Origin: Thiotrichales bacterium
GTDB lineage: Bacteria > Pseudomonadota > Gammaproteobacteria > J044
Length of the DNA: 41,208 nt
Direction: 5' to 3'
NCBI GenBank assembly: GCA_024762895.1
Contig: JANTGN010000002.1
Span: 1 to 41,208 of the forward strand
Part shown: positions 40,933-41,208 of the stretch, one piece after another
Position numbering within the stretch: the stretch's first letter is position 1
How the letters are laid out: every line of letters starts with the position of its first letter
Made by a program: the position numbers and the translations under genes
Notes under the pieces: model-generated
The model's input: the letters and a program-made list of their open reading frames with translations, nothing else
What the model was told of the DNA's origin: nothing
Databases searched by the model: none

Positions 40933-41208
40933 GTTATCTTCCTTCAGATACTCAATCAGACTATCGACTGTTTCTTTGTGTAAATCGAGTTCCTCGACTG
41001 CCGGATCATCCAACGATTCAAGATTATACTCTATGATATCGATAATCCTCTTGCCGGGTCACTACATGGGCCCCATAAAAAAGGACGTTACGATGGCAAT
41101 AATGGCACCAGAAAACAACATCTAACAAAACGCGATCGTAATACCACCAATCATCTTCCCTATGCTGATTTCCGGCATATCCACTCTACCTGATTTGGAT
41201 AATACACC

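Noticed and set aside
40853-41125. 90-aa plus-strand ORF at the right edge
   Set aside because: It is Ser-rich and low-complexity with no SD. It runs across the candidate minus-strand terminator and is antisense to the more structured minus-strand frame. It is probably not coding.

Overview
This window is conserved chromosomal core of a non-enteric, gammaproteobacterial type. I recognised no CRISPR array, tRNA, rRNA, transposase, integrase or phage gene. Layout in order: (1) coaE (5' truncated) and zapD on the + strand. (2) A translationally coupled minus-strand run of secA, argJ, a Nudix/TenI-like fusion and a small membrane-anchored ORF. (3) An M23 peptidase and a divergent DUF721/DciA-like gene. 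(4) A complete dcw cluster on the minus strand: mraZ rsmH ftsL ftsI murE murF mraY murD ftsW murG murC murB ddl ftsQ ftsA ftsZ lpxC. It has no intergenic nucleotides from mraZ to ftsA. Upstream sits a near-consensus promoter followed by three phased GTGGG repeats, a candidate MraZ operator. (5) RNase P RNA (rnpB), with an unrecognised TPR-like ORF reading into its 5' end. (6) rsmI, divergent from lpoA-yraN-diaA, followed by a GlcD-like FAD oxidase. (7) A macro-domain gene appended to sspA-sspB. (8) petABC (cytochrome bc1) with a clean rho-independent terminator. (9) A Nif3-like gene, divergent from a DegS/AlgW-like protease. (10) A minus-strand trio of NADAR, a degenerate receiver-like protein and a HIT hydrolase. 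I did not find a convincing new multi-gene system. The spots that depart from the conserved backbone are the TPR-like ORF overlapping rnpB, the NADAR/pseudo-receiver/HIT trio, the macro-domain gene in the sspAB operon, the small membrane ORF coupled to the Nudix fusion, and a stop-interrupted frame with a hydrophobic micro-ORF at the right edge. All homology statements come from reading the translations by eye. No searches were run.
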